Made by a program: the position numbers and the translations under genes. From positions 160,001 to 224,000 of the forward strand of contig CAVOXA010000022.1 in the NCBI GenBank assembly GCA_963700285.1: a DNA stretch of 64,000 bases, given 5' to 3'. Below the pieces are notes generated by a model that saw only the letters and a list, made by a program, of their open reading frames with translations, was not told the DNA's origin and made no database searches. This document shows, in pieces, positions 10,207-21,498 of this stretch. Source of the DNA: an uncultured Chloroflexia bacterium (GTDB lineage: Bacteria > Chloroflexota > Anaerolineae > JAAYZQ01). Each line of letters begins with the position of its first letter. Positions within the stretch are counted from its first letter, which is position 1.

Positions 10207-13200
10207 ACCCCTTGAGGTAGCCCCGGACAGGTCTTCCGGTACTCCGCGTCGCCCAGGTACTGGTGCCATTCCGAGGCGGTCAGGTTGCGGTTGGCGATGG
10301 CGCAGGCGCGTTCCTCCCAGGGACTCAGATCCAGTTCCCAGAGATGGACGAGGCCGCTGGTATCCAGGGCGCCCAGGGCCACCAGCTTCCCGTCGGGGCT
10401 GATGGCCATCGTCTCCATCTCGATGGCGCCCAACAGCGGCGGCGTAAGCGGCTCCTGGGTGGCCAGATCCCAAACCAGGACGGTGCCATCGGCGCCGCCC
10501 GAGACCAGGTATTGGCCGTCGCCGGCTGGGTGAAAGGCTACGTACCAGACTTGGGCCATGTGTCCCGTGAGGGGCGGCTCCTGGGGCTCGCAGGCGACGG
10601 CACCCGGCTCCAGGCAAACGGTGAGGTCCCAGAGCCGCACCGTATTGTCGCTGCTGGCTGTGGCCAGGATCGTGCCATCCGGGCTAAAGGCGACGTTGTT
10701 CACCCAGTTGCTGTGGCCCACCAGGGGCGGGCCCAAAGGGTACGCGGTTTCCTCCGTGCCGTCCAGGAGCCCGCCCAAATCCCAGAGGCTGGCGGTCCCA
10801 TCGGCGCTGGCCGAGGCCAGGGAGCGCCCGTCGGGGCTAAAGGCCAGGCCCATCACCCAGTCCTCGTGCGCCTCCAGGGGCGGCCCCAATGACTCGGCGC
10901 TTTCTACGTCCCACAGGATGATGGTGAAGTCGCGGCCGCCGGTGGCCAGGGTTCTGCCATCGGGACTAAAGGCCACGGAATAGACCTGCCCCGTGTGCCC
11001 GTCCAAGGGGCGGCCCAGGGGCGCCGCCTTTCCCTCACCCGTGCCGAGCTCTTCCGGCAGCTCCCACAGGATGACCCACCTGCCGGCGCCGACGGAGGCC
11101 ATGTGGCGCCCGCTGGGGCTAAAGGCCACGTTATAGACAGGTTTGGGGTGGTCTGTCAGGGGCAGGCTGGCCCACTCGCCAGTGGCCGTGTCCCAGAGCA
11201 TGACGTCGGTGTCCAGGCTGCCAGAGGCCAGGGTGCGACCGTCGGGACTAAAGGCCACGCCGCGGACCTGGGCCTGGTGGCCGGCCAGCCGCTGGGATCT
11301 GCCTGTATCCCAGACGATGGTATGGCCGTCCGAATCCCCCGAGACCAGGCTTCGACCATCGGGCAGAAAGGCCACGGAACGGACCCAATTGCTGTGGCCC
11401 GCCAGCGGCTGGCCGATGGGCTGGGCCCCGGCCCCACCAGGTTCGAGCAGGGACGAGATGTCCCAGAGGCGGACCGTATTGTCGGTACTGACCGAGGCCA
11501 GCCCGCGGCCGTCGGGGCTAAAGCCGGCGGCCAGCACCCGCCCTTCGTGGCCTTCCAGGGGCGGTCCCAGGGCCTCAACCGTCTCTGCGTCCCAGAGCAT
11601 GACGGTCCGGTCAAAGCTGGAGGTGGCCAGCACGCTGCCGTCGGGGCTGTAGGCCAGGTGGTGCAGGGCGTAGCCAGGATGGACCGATTCGTTGCGCGCC
11701 ACGAGTTCGCCGCTTTGCAGATCATAGATATCCAGCGCGGAGCCCTTGGCGGCCAGGGCCAGCCGCGCCCCATCGGGGCGCATGGCCATGATCCCGCTGC
11801 CATCGTAGGTCAGGGCCTGGGTCAGGCGGCGGGTCTGGGCCGCCGTAAGAGGCTGGCCTGGCGGTGGCGCGACGTCCCAGACCTGTATCGCGCCGTTGGC
11901 ATCACCGGAGACCAGGACGCTGCCGTCGCCATTCAGGGCCAGGTTGACGATGGGCGCTTGGTGGGCGCGCAGGGCCGGACCCAGGGGCTGGCCCTGCGCC
12001 GCGTCCCACAGGAGCAGGTCCTGCCCCCGGGCAATGGCGGCGACGCGGCCATCGGAGCTGAGGGCGCCCGCCGTCTCCGCTTCCTGGGGCGGGAGCCGGT
12101 GGATGGGCTGGCCGGACGCCAGATCCCAGATCACCACTCCGCCCTGGCTGTCTATGGAGGTGACCGTCCGGCCATCGGGGCTGTGGCCCAGGTCAAGGAT
12201 GAGGCTGTCATGCCCGTGCAGGAAGCGGGCCAGGAAGGGGCTAAAAGTCAAGCTGCTGAGATAGGCGCCCCGCTCCGGGCCAGTCCCCGCCAGGCGCCGG
12301 GCCTCCAGGTTCAGCAAGAGCGCCAGGTCGAGCTGTTTCCCCAGCAGGGTCACGGACTGGGCCGCCAACTGTCGCGAAAGGGCCAATTGGGCCTGGGCCT
12401 CGGCCCGCTCGCGCTCGATCTCGGCGATCCTGGCCTGCTGCTCGGCGCGGAGGGCATCTTGCTCCGAGGCGGCGCCCGCGGCTTCAGCCGTGGCCTGAGC
12501 GGCAACGGCCGCCCCGGCCTGGTGCCGGGCTTCATGGCGCATTTGCAGGGCCAGCCCCGCGGCCAGCAGCGCGACCAGAAAGACAGCGGCCAGGCCGGCG
12601 ACCAGCCGGCGGAGACGCCGGCTGGCGCGGGCCTGTTCGTCAGCCCGCTTGTGCTCCGCCTCGGCCAGGGCTTGGGCCTGGTCCAGCTCCCGCTGTCGCT
12701 GGGCCTGGGCTGCCAGCCGCTGCTGTTCGCGCAGGGCAAGCCCTTCTTCGATATAGCCGCGAACCCGTGGTGAAAGGTCCGCCCTCCGCGTCTTGTACCA
12801 GCCCTCGGCCTCGGCCAGCGGGCTGCCCCGCAGCAGCGCGTCCTGGTCGCGGCCCGACGCGATCCAGCTCCGCAGCGATTCCCGGAGCCGTTCCCACCAG
12901 ATACGGAAGGCTCGGTCCTCGTTGAGCCAGCCATCCAGCCGGTCCCAGCCCTCGATGAGGGCTTCGTGGACCAGCTCGGCCGTTTCCAGGCCGGCCGGAT
13001 CGCGACCGGTGACGATCAGGCGGGCGTCGGCCAGTTGCTGGACCATCCGCCAGTCCTCGTCCCCCAGCTCGGCGCGGGTGGCCAGGCGGCGCGTGTCCCG
13101 GGCATGGTGGCCCGGCCGGACCATCTGTACCAGAACGCGCCGGGCCGCTTCCTGGTCGGCCGCTTCAAATTGGCCATAGACGGACTCGGCATAGTTGGCC

Positions 13201-15001
13201 AGGGCGCCCCGGACCTTGCCGGTGGCATCGTAGGCGGTGTGGGTCAGTTGGGCGCCGGCGGCCTGGCGCTGCCAGAGGGCGGCCAGGGCGAACTGCAGCA
13301 GGGGCAGATTGCCCGGCTCGGCGCCGACGTCGTGCACGATGCGCTCCACCAACCCCGGCTCGAAGGAGACCCCCTGGGCCAGGGCCGGTTGTTCTACGGC
13401 CTGCGCCAGCTCCTGGGGCGACATGGGGCCCAGGATGAGGCTGCCGTCCTCCAGCGCGTCGGCCAGGGGCCGGTGCGCCAGGACCTGGCCCAAAAAGTCG
13501 GCCCGCAGGATCAGCAGCAGGGTACAGGACGAGGATGTTCCACCGGACAGGTCCTCCAGCAGAAGCCGTAGAAACTCCTGCCGAACCGAAGGTTCAGGGC
13601 ACAGGGTGTACAGTTCTTCGAACTGGTCGACAACCAACAGCAGCCGCCCGGGGACCGGCGAAACGGCGGAGCTGCGGCTGGCCTGAGACCCGGATCGTCC
13701 GCCGGATCCGGCGGGCAGATCCCTGCTTCAGGACCGGTCCCATGACCCTGCACAGCGTGCGCTGGCCCAGGTGCAGCGCTCTGGCCAGCTGCGCCGCTCG
13801 GGCGAACAATACTTCGGGTGGGGCCTCGGGCTCTATGAGCGGCATCACGGCCGTTGCCAGGGCTTCGATGGGCCGCGCTCCGGGCCGGAGCACGGCGACG
13901 TGCCATTGAGCAGCGCTCTCCCCTTCATGGTGCCCGGTTGTACCCTCCTGGAGCCGGGGCAGCAGCCCGGCAAAAACCGCGGAGGACTTGCCGCTGCCGG
14001 AGGGGCCCATGACGGCGACCACGTTCTTTTGCTGGACGGCGTCGGCCAGGCGCTGGACGAATGTCTCGCGGCCAAAGAACCATCTGGCGTCCTGCTGGCC
14101 AAAGGGGAACAGCCCCCGGTAGGGACTGGGCGGAAGGGGATGCTCGCCGGCGACGCCCACCGGGCGGGTTTGGGCGGCCACCTCACCCTGCCAGAATCTG
14201 CTCGCGCAGGGCGACCGTCTCCGGCTCGGCGACGATGCCCAACTCCTCGGCTAGCTGCCGGACACAGATGTCATATTGCTGCAGGGCGGCCCCGCGCTGG
14301 CCGTCCAGGGCCAGCGCCAGCATCAACTGGCGGTGGGCGTACTCGCGCCATGGCTCCAGAGCAAGCTGTCGCCGGGCGTAGACCTGGGCCTGGTGCGTTT
14401 CCTCCCAGGCCAGATGATGGTTCGTGAGGGCCTCCAGGGCCAGGAGGATCGCCTGGTGGCGCTGCTCTCCCTGCAGCAGGCGCCATTCCTCAAACTCTGG
14501 GCAGTCGCTCAGGTTCAGCCCGGCCATAAAGGGGCCGTGGTACAGCTCCGCGGCCTGTGTGAGCGAGGCGATGCTTTGCTGCGCGTTCTCCCCGGAGGAT
14601 GGGCGGCCATCCTCGGCCGAGAGCAGGACATCGAAGGCGTTGACGTCGATCCAGACGTTGTGGTCGGGCTGAAACTCGACGCTGTGGCGGGATATGGACA
14701 GGCAAGCGCCCCCATCCCCGGACAGCGTGCCCCGGGTGGGTTCCAGAGGCGCCAGAAGCTGGCGGAGATTGGTGAGCGCCTGGCTGAGGCTGCGACGGGC
14801 CGCCTGCTCTGGAAAGCCGCCCCATAGCAGCGTGGACAGAGCCTCGCGCCGGTGCGAGCGGTTCGCCTCGATGGCCAGGAAGGCGAGCAAAGCGCGCACC
14901 TTGTCCGAACGAAAGCCGGCCAGTGGTACGCCGTCCAACACAGCCTCAAAGGTTCCCAGGAGATGAAGGCGGAGGCGGGCGTTCTCGCCAGCAGCATCCA
15001 C
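10140..15001 (-). CDS. SARP/BTAD-nSTAND1 NTPase-TM-WD40 regulator, split into three ORFs by two frameshifts
   Basis: BTAD region (LHLLGTF...ALLAFLA...QLALEPWREYAHRQLM); PYRGL.PF...FFGRE; Walker A GPSGSGKSS; LLVVDQFEE; PGNLPLLQFAL; VHEALI; TM helix; >10 WD40 repeats. Frameshifts at about 14185 and 13690. Start approximate (GTG 15001). Confidence 0.85.
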
Positions 15002-15191
15002 AGGGGCAATCCTCCCACAATGACACCGCGCACCAACCAATAGGGCGCTGGTGCGGGACCGGTACGAAAGAAAAACCAGGGCCTCGGGACCGGAGGCTCC
15101 ATGGCCTGCGCTCCCGGGCTTATGGTACCACATCCAGCCCAACCTGTCAATCTCTCCGCTCCAGGCACTCAGGACAATCGCATCTAAACCC

Positions 15192-15235
15192 GTCATTGCG
15201 AGCGAAGGCGCTTTTGCCGAAGCGAAGCAATCTCG
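15192..15235 (+). repeat. GTCATTGCGAG...GCAATC palindromic intergenic element
   Basis: gtcattgcgagcgaaggcgcttttgccgaagcgaagcaatctc; related copies at 16648-16720, 21120-21256 (inverted) and 28490-28935. Confidence 0.7.
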
Positions 15236-15435
15236 CTCTTACTCAGGTTCAGGCACCTAGAACAAGATGCAAATGCCCTGTCCGGGCTCTCGGGGCAAGA
15301 GTTCGTCACGATCTCGTCACACTCGTATGCTATACTCTGTCCTATAGCCAGAGATCGCGGCTGGTCTCCAGGCGCGTAGAAGCGGCGGATGCTGCCGCCT
15401 GCAGGGCTGGCGCATCGCGCAAAAGTAGAAAGGAG

Positions 15436-15714
15436 ATGTGGATTTTGCCAGGACTCGCAACAGATCCAGAACGATATCAGAGTTACCTTCTTCGGTTGTG
15501 GAAAGAGACGCCCGACCTGCCCTGGCGTTTCCAGGTACACTGCGTCTCTACGGGGGATGAGCACCGCTTTGCCGAATTGGACCAGGTATTGGCTTTTCTG
15601 CGGAACGCAGCGGCCGGCGACCATACCTTTGAGCCAGAGTGGGGCGGGGATCCGGGGGACGCCGGAAGCCGGCAGCGTGAATACTCCTGCGGGCTCGACC
15701 TAGCCTACATCTAG
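15436..15714 (+). CDS. small hypothetical protein (SYLLRLW...WR...TG.EHRF..L...LAFL type)
   Basis: RBS aaggag; paralogous to the next ORF; exact start uncertain. Confidence 0.65.
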   Translation: MWILPGLATDPERYQSYLLRLWKETPDLPWRFQVHCVSTGDEHRFAELDQVLAFLRNAAAGDHTFEPEWGGDPGDAGSRQREYSCGLDLAYI

Positions 15715-15759
15715 ACCGGGCCCCGGCGCCTTGATCGTCGGGGCGGGAGAGTGAACTGA

Positions 15760-15960
15760 ATGGTTCGTGGTGACCTGGCGCAGCAGCCTGAAGCAGCTCC
15801 GGAGCCACGTCGCAGCTTTATCCTACGCCTGTGGAAAGGAACGCCCGACGCGCCCTGGCGGGGCGAGTTACAGAACCTGAGCACCGGAGAGGAACATCGC
15901 TTCAGCGACCTGGCTGACATCATCGCCTTCTTGCGTGAAGAGGAGCGGGGCAGGGGATAG
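15760..15960 (+). CDS. small hypothetical protein, paralog of 15436-15714
   Basis: SFILRLWKGTPDAPWRGELQNLSTGEEHRFSDLADIIAFL aligns with the upstream ORF. Confidence 0.7.
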   Translation: MVRGDLAQQPEAAPEPRRSFILRLWKGTPDAPWRGELQNLSTGEEHRFSDLADIIAFLREEERGRG

Positions 15961-16008
15961 CGCGCGACCAGACCCTGGCGGCGCCTGAGGCAAAGACCAG
16001 CACCGAAA

Positions 16009-16329
16009 GTGGGGCTAACACTGGACCAGATCGATCAAGAACTCTGCAAGGCCCCCATAGGCAGTGTATTTCACGGGGCGGCGACATACCCGGAGTTGGC
16101 CAGCGCCTCTCTGCTCGAGGCGATGAGCTTTGACGGGGGCGAGGACACTCTGGGAGCGGCGAGGATCCTGCTGAGGACGGCTGCGCCCGCGGTCCTCTGC
16201 GCGTCGCACCCCGAGGTCAGCTATCCGCTCAGCGAAGAACAGGTCGTCGCCGCCGTGAATACGGCCCTGGCTTCCGGCGATCGGGCCGTGATGCTGGAAC
16301 TGGCTGAGCAGCTAGCCAGCTATTTGTGA
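16009..16329 (+). pseudogene. probable fragment of a helical domain usually found in larger secreted proteins
   Basis: LLEAMSFDGG...GAARILLR...ASHP...YP...VNTALASGDR pattern; no clear RBS or signal peptide. Confidence 0.4.
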
Positions 16330-16782
16330 AGGTGCCGCGCTTCAGGCACATGCGGATACAGAGACCGTATCCGAACAAGTGACACCCCCACCCCTCCCTC
16401 GCCTACAGAGGGCGGGCAGCCAGAGTTCCTCCGGCCAGCGGGGGAGACGCCCAGAGGACAGCGAGCGGTTGGCGCCAGGTCCTCGGTCTTCCCCGCCTGC
16501 CGGGGGGCGGATGCCTCGCTGTCCGTGATTTACCATAACGCAAGGGAGTTGACCTGGTCATTCCTCTGCACCATCGCTGGTGCAGTCCCTGACGCAGCGC
16601 ACTGCGGGCGCGCTTGGCCGGGCAATCCCCAGGCATACGCAGCAACTGTCACCGCCAGCAGGGTGGAGGCGCTTCGCCGGAGTGAGGCAATCCCCAACTA
16701 CACGGTAGAATCGCTTTCGGCAGTCGGCAGGCCTCTTCGCGACGCGACTTTGCTAACAGCGTCACCCAGGCCGAAAACCCTA

Positions 16783-16811
16783 TTGCACAGCCGCCGGGTA
16801 TGTGGTATACT
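16783..16811 (+). promoter_or_regulatory. sigma70-type promoter
   Basis: TTGCAC-17bp-TATACT with extended TG. Confidence 0.55.
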
Positions 16812-16900
16812 CCTCCTATCATCCTAGACAGCGCCCAAAGGGATGCCCTGGAGGCGGGCGCCGCCTGTACACGTAGCCGTGCCAGGGAGGAGGAGCATCG

Positions 16901-17743
16901 ATGTTTCGCCGGATTCGAAATAGCTGGGAGTTGATGCTGGCCAGTTTCGCCGTGCTGCGCGCCGACAAGGAGCTGGTCGTCTTTCCCATCGTGTCGGCCA
17001 TCGGCGTGGTAATCGTGACCATCAGTTTTATCCTGCCCTTTTTGCTGGCGGGCGCCTTTGATGGGATCCTGGCCGGGGGGCTGACGGTTCTGGGCTTCGT
17101 CGTCCTCTTCTTTTTTTACCTGGCCCAGTACTTTGTCATCATCTTTGCCAACTCTGCCCTGATCGGAGCGGCGATGATCCGCCTGCAGGGTGGCGATCCC
17201 ACGGTGGGCGACGGCTTTCGCGTCGCCTTCCAGCACATCGGCGCCATCGCCGGCTATGCCGCCATCTCGGCCACCGTGGGCGTGGTGCTGCGCATGCTGA
17301 CAGAGCGGGCCGGCGGGCTGGGCCGCATCGTGATCTCGCTGGTTGGGCTGGCCTGGAACGTCGCCACCTTTCTGGTGGTGCCGGTCCTGGTTGTGGAAGG
17401 CGTCGGCCCTGTCGATGGCGTAAAGCGCAGCGTCTCGTTGCTCAAGAAGACGTGGGGCGAGCAGATCGCCGGCAATGTGAGCATCAGCCTGATCGTTGGC
17501 CTGCTTTTCCTGGTGGTTTTGCTGGCGGGAGTGGGTCTCGTGGTCCTGGCGGCCATGACCGAGGTGGTGGCCCTCATCGTGGCTGTGGTCGTGCTCTGGG
17601 CCCTGGTGCTGCTCGTCCTGGCTCTGATCGGATCAACCCTGAACGGGATCTATGCGGCGGCGGTCTATCGCTACGCCGTGACCGGCGAGACCGGCGGCTT
17701 TTTCCAGGAGGAGATGGTAGAGGGGGCTTTTCGAAGCCGATAG
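16901..17743 (+). CDS. membrane protein (DUF6159-like)
   Basis: RBS ggaggag; SWELMLASFAVLRADKELVVFP...S..LLKKTWGE pattern; about 6 TM segments. Confidence 0.8.
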   Translation: MFRRIRNSWELMLASFAVLRADKELVVFPIVSAIGVVIVTISFILPFLLAGAFDGILAGGLTVLGFVVLFFFYLAQYFVIIFANSALIGAAMIRLQGGDPTVGDGFRVAFQHIGAIAGYAAISATVGVVLRMLTERAGGLGRIVISLVGLAWNVATFLVVPVLVVEGVGPVDGVKRSVSLLKKTWGEQIAGNVSISLIVGLLFLVVLLAGVGLVVLAAMTEVVALIVAVVVLWALVLLVLALIGSTLNGIYAAAVYRYAVTGETGGFFQEEMVEGAFRSR

Positions 17744-17803
17744 GGTTTGCTGCCCGGACCCGGCAGTGGTATACTGGCGCCCATCTCGAAGGTTGGGCGT
17801 GGT

Positions 17804-18778
17804 ATGCGGGCTAGCAACGGATCGGCGGAACTTCTGGACCTGCCCCGGGCGGGCATCCTGTTTGTCCTGGGTGCCATCGCTCTTGTCTCGGTGCAGGACG
17901 TCACCATCAAGTGGATCAGCGGGGACTATCCCCTTCACGAGATCGTCTTTATCCGCAGCCCGGTGGCGCTCGTGCTGCTTTTGCCCATCGTCTACTTTGA
18001 GGGCGGCATTTCCTCTCTGCACAGCGGGCAGTTCCACCTCCAACTTTTGCGCGGCGGCTTGATGTTCCTGGCTTCCACCTTTTTCTTTATGGGTATTGCC
18101 GCGCTGCCACTGGCCGACGTTGTGGCTCTCACCTTTGTGTCCCCCTTGTTTGTAGCCGTACTTTCGGTTCTGTTCCTTGGCGAGAGAGTCGGGCCGCGCC
18201 GGTGGTTGGCCATTGTCGTCGGCTTTGCCGGCGTCGTCATCATGCTGCGCCCGGGCGCCGGCGTTTTTGACCCGGCAGGATTCCTGGCGATTGCCACAGC
18301 CTTCTGCCTGGCCTCTATCTCGGTGATCACGCGCCGTCTGGGCCGGACCGACAGCGGCTCGTCCATCGCTTTCTACACTGCCGTCTTTTACCTGGTTTCC
18401 AGCGCCGTGGTGGGGTTGGCCATCGGCCACGGACGGCTGGCAGGCGAGGGGCACGCCAGCCTGCAATTCCTCCTGCGCCGCTGGGTGATCCCTTCTTGGA
18501 CCGATCTGGCCCTGTTGCTGCTCGTCGGTGTTGTCGGTGGCCTGGGCTTCTACCTCATGTCACAGGCCTATCGCGTCACCCGGGCGACGGTGGTCGCCCC
18601 CTTTGAGTACGTTGCTGTTCCCCTGAGTGTGCTCTGGGGCTACCTGATCTGGAAGGACCTGCCAGGCCCCCACACCGTTGTGGGCATTGCGCTGATCGTG
18701 GGCAGCGGTCTGTACGTGCTGTGGCGCGAGTCGGGTCAGGCGCCAGCAGTGGAAAACGCGGGCGAACTCGGATCCTGA
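17804..18778 (+). CDS. DMT/EamA family transporter
   Basis: About 10 TM segments; FVSPLF...LGERVGPRRW and A.VVAPFEY motifs. Confidence 0.9.
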   Translation: MRASNGSAELLDLPRAGILFVLGAIALVSVQDVTIKWISGDYPLHEIVFIRSPVALVLLLPIVYFEGGISSLHSGQFHLQLLRGGLMFLASTFFFMGIAALPLADVVALTFVSPLFVAVLSVLFLGERVGPRRWLAIVVGFAGVVIMLRPGAGVFDPAGFLAIATAFCLASISVITRRLGRTDSGSSIAFYTAVFYLVSSAVVGLAIGHGRLAGEGHASLQFLLRRWVIPSWTDLALLLLVGVVGGLGFYLMSQAYRVTRATVVAPFEYVAVPLSVLWGYLIWKDLPGPHTVVGIALIVGSGLYVLWRESGQAPAVENAGELGS

Positions 18779-18962
18779 CCCTTCACAGGGCCACAGGAGT
18801 AGGCTGGAACCCCCTTGCACCGCCGTAAACAGGCGGTGCTGGGAAGATTGCTATCGATTTCAATTCCTAGCACCGGCTCTTTCAGGCCGGTGCGATAATC
18901 GCGCTTGCCGCAGTGACCGGCCGGTGGTATACTGGCGCCCATCTCGAACGATTGGGCGCTAT

Positions 18963-19913
18963 ATGCGGGCTAGCGAAGGCTCTACAGTACTCTTGGACCG
19001 GCCCCGGGCGGGCATCCTGTTTATCCTGGGTGGCATTGCGCTCATCTCGGTGCAGGACGTCGTCATCAAGTGGATCAGCGGCGACTATCCCGTCCACGAG
19101 ATCGTCTTTATCCGCAGCCCGATTGCGCTCTTGTTTCTGGTGCCCATCATCTACTTTGAGGGGGGCTTTTCCTCCCTACGCAGCGGGCAGCCCGGCCTCC
19201 AGATCTTGCGCGGCGGCATGATGTTCCTGGCCTATACCTTTTTCTACATGGCCATTGCCGCGCTGCCGCTGGCCGAGGTCGTCGCCCTATCCTTTGTATC
19301 GCCCCTGTTTGTCACGGTGCTGTCGGTGCTGCTGCTTGGCGAAAAGGTCGGGCCGCGGCGGTGGCTGGCCATCGCCGTTGGATTCATCGGCACGGTCATC
19401 ATGCTGCGTCCGGGCACCACTGTCTTTGACCCGGCGGGGCTCATGGTCATCGCCTCCGCCTTTTTCTACGCGAGCACCTCGGTGCTCACCCGCCGCCTGG
19501 GCCGGACCGACAGCGGTTCGTCCATCGCTTTTTATACCACTGTCTTTTACCTGGTGTCCGGCGCTGTGGTGGGGCTGGCCATCGGCCATGGGCGATGGGC
19601 CAGCCAGGGGCATGCCAGCCTTCAATTCCTCCTGCGCCGCTGGGTGGTGCCATCTGGGAGCGACCTGGGCCTGCTGCTCTTCATTGGTTTTACCGCCGGC
19701 GTGGGCTTTTACTTGTTCTCGCAGGCATATCGCGTCACCCGAGCCACGGCCGTCGTCCCCTTTGAGTATATCGCCGTGCCCCTGAGCGTGTTTTGGGGAT
19801 ACCTGATCTGGCGGGATATGCCCGGCCTGCACACCATCATCGGCATTGTGCTGGTCGTGGGCAGCGGCCTGTACGTGCTGTGGCGCGAGTCGGGGACGCC
19901 AGCGTCTGGCTAG
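18963..19913 (+). CDS. DMT/EamA family transporter, tandem paralog
   Basis: Colinear and highly similar to 17804-18778. Confidence 0.9.
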   Translation: MRASEGSTVLLDRPRAGILFILGGIALISVQDVVIKWISGDYPVHEIVFIRSPIALLFLVPIIYFEGGFSSLRSGQPGLQILRGGMMFLAYTFFYMAIAALPLAEVVALSFVSPLFVTVLSVLLLGEKVGPRRWLAIAVGFIGTVIMLRPGTTVFDPAGLMVIASAFFYASTSVLTRRLGRTDSGSSIAFYTTVFYLVSGAVVGLAIGHGRWASQGHASLQFLLRRWVVPSGSDLGLLLFIGFTAGVGFYLFSQAYRVTRATAVVPFEYIAVPLSVFWGYLIWRDMPGLHTIIGIVLVVGSGLYVLWRESGTPASG

Positions 19914-20021
19914 GCTGCGCTCTGGTCTGATCACGGGCCTGCCCGGAGCCAATTGGGGCTGGCCAGCTCTGAATCACGGAGCCTTGTCTGTCTATGGATC
20001 AGGCTTTCGAAGTCTGGAGTT

Positions 20022-20897
20022 TTAGCCCAGTACCTCTTTGGCCCTGCGCCAGCCGGCTTCCAGGCGCATGTTGAGGACGTCGCGGGAAAAGTCCAGGGTA
20101 TCGCCCAGGGGCTCCTTGGGCTCGATGACATAGTATTCGTAGGCCCTGTACTCCTTGCCCTTTTGGTTGGTGAGTGTCCCCTCGAAAGCCTGCGCCTCCC
20201 GGACGTTGCGGTTGATGCGCTCAAAGGCCTCCAGGTCGGTGACAAAGATCTCGTTGAGCATGATGTCGATGGTCGCGATGCCGATCTCGAGGGCGTTTTT
20301 GAAGGGCTGAGGGCGGGTGGGCGGCTGCCGGCCGCTGCAGTTGATGATCACGATCCGTTCGGGGTCCGAATCGAGCACGTCGCCCAGGGGGCTGAAGTTG
20401 CGGACACCGCCGTCGACCATGTCCTCCTGCTTGGGCGGGACAAAGACCGGCTCAAAAGCCAGGGGGATGGCGGTCGAGGCCAGGAGCGCCTCCATGAAGC
20501 CAGGGTCCTGCGGCCTGTAGCGGTGGTATTGCCCGCTTCGGAGGGAGACGGCGCCGATGCTCAGCTCGGTTTTGACCTCCGCCGGGTTGATCTCTTTCTG
20601 CATCATGGCCCACAAGGGATCGTTGTTGTAGACCGACTTGGCCCCCAGGAGCAGCTTGAAGATGGACCAGAGGTCGAGGCCGCCGGTAAAGACCCGCTCG
20701 GGGGTGATGGTCCGCCAGATATACTCCAGGCGGTCGTACTTTTCCATGGCCATCATGGTCGCGTTGAGGGCTCCCACCGAAATGCCGGCGATGATGTCCC
20801 ACTTGAAGCCCTTGATCTCGCGGGCGTAGGTTTCCGCAGCAAGTTGGAAGGCCCCCTTGGCGCCACCGCCACTCAGTACCAGCGCTGTTTTCGGCAT
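20022..20897 (-). CDS. patatin-like phospholipase
   Basis: LVLSGGGAKG, GISVG nucleophile elbow and DGG motif; RBS ggagggg. Confidence 0.9.
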   Translation of the reverse strand: MPKTALVLSGGGAKGAFQLAAETYAREIKGFKWDIIAGISVGALNATMMAMEKYDRLEYIWRTITPERVFTGGLDLWSIFKLLLGAKSVYNNDPLWAMMQKEINPAEVKTELSIGAVSLRSGQYHRYRPQDPGFMEALLASTAIPLAFEPVFVPPKQEDMVDGGVRNFSPLGDVLDSDPERIVIINCSGRQPPTRPQPFKNALEIGIATIDIMLNEIFVTDLEAFERINRNVREAQAFEGTLTNQKGKEYRAYEYYVIEPKEPLGDTLDFSRDVLNMRLEAGWRRAKEVLG

Positions 20898-21119
20898 GAT
20901 CCCCTCCATTCTGTGTATGGCACAGGCCAGTGCGTTGATTCAGCGTATATATGCGGATATTGCGACCATTATACCACATCTTGCCAGAATGTACAAGTAC
21001 GCTGCACAATTCTGTTGTATCCGAAAATCCGTGATGGGAGCCCCGCACGAACGGCAGCAAAGTCGTCAACGCGAGCGTCAGCGCCTGTCCCGAGTATGTC
21101 CCGAGTCCGCGAAGGATCT

Positions 21120-21256
21120 ACCGAGGGAAAGCGATCTCCACTTGTGTAGTTGGGGATTGTTTCGCTCCGGCAAAAAGCGCCTCCGCTCGCAATGACGAGG
21201 TCAGGTGTCATTCCATTTAGAGTGGCGCCCTGTGCCAAGGATCACTCGCAATGACG
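21120..21256 (-). repeat. composite GTCATTGCGAG-family element
   Basis: Its reverse complement matches 28490-28562 (about 75 bp) and 16648-16720. Confidence 0.7.
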
Positions 21257-21498
21257 GATCTGGCCGACAGTGCATGTCAAGGGAGAATGCAACGGCCCGG
21301 CTTGTTCGGGAAAACTGTCGAGGGCGGCACAACCCCGATGTCAGACTTTGTTGCTTGTGCTCTTGCGGATTATGGAGTATAATGTTTGCGCAGAGACTGA
21401 TGCTGTACGAGTACATTGACCCCTTGGCCGGTGATTCAGGTTGCCGCGCCACGCTCTGGGCAAAGGGCTTATGATTCCAACGGGAGAGCGGGAAGACA

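Noticed and set aside
20022-20897. Patatin as a CBASS or other defence effector
   Set aside because: No cyclase or other defence genes adjacent; it appears stand-alone.
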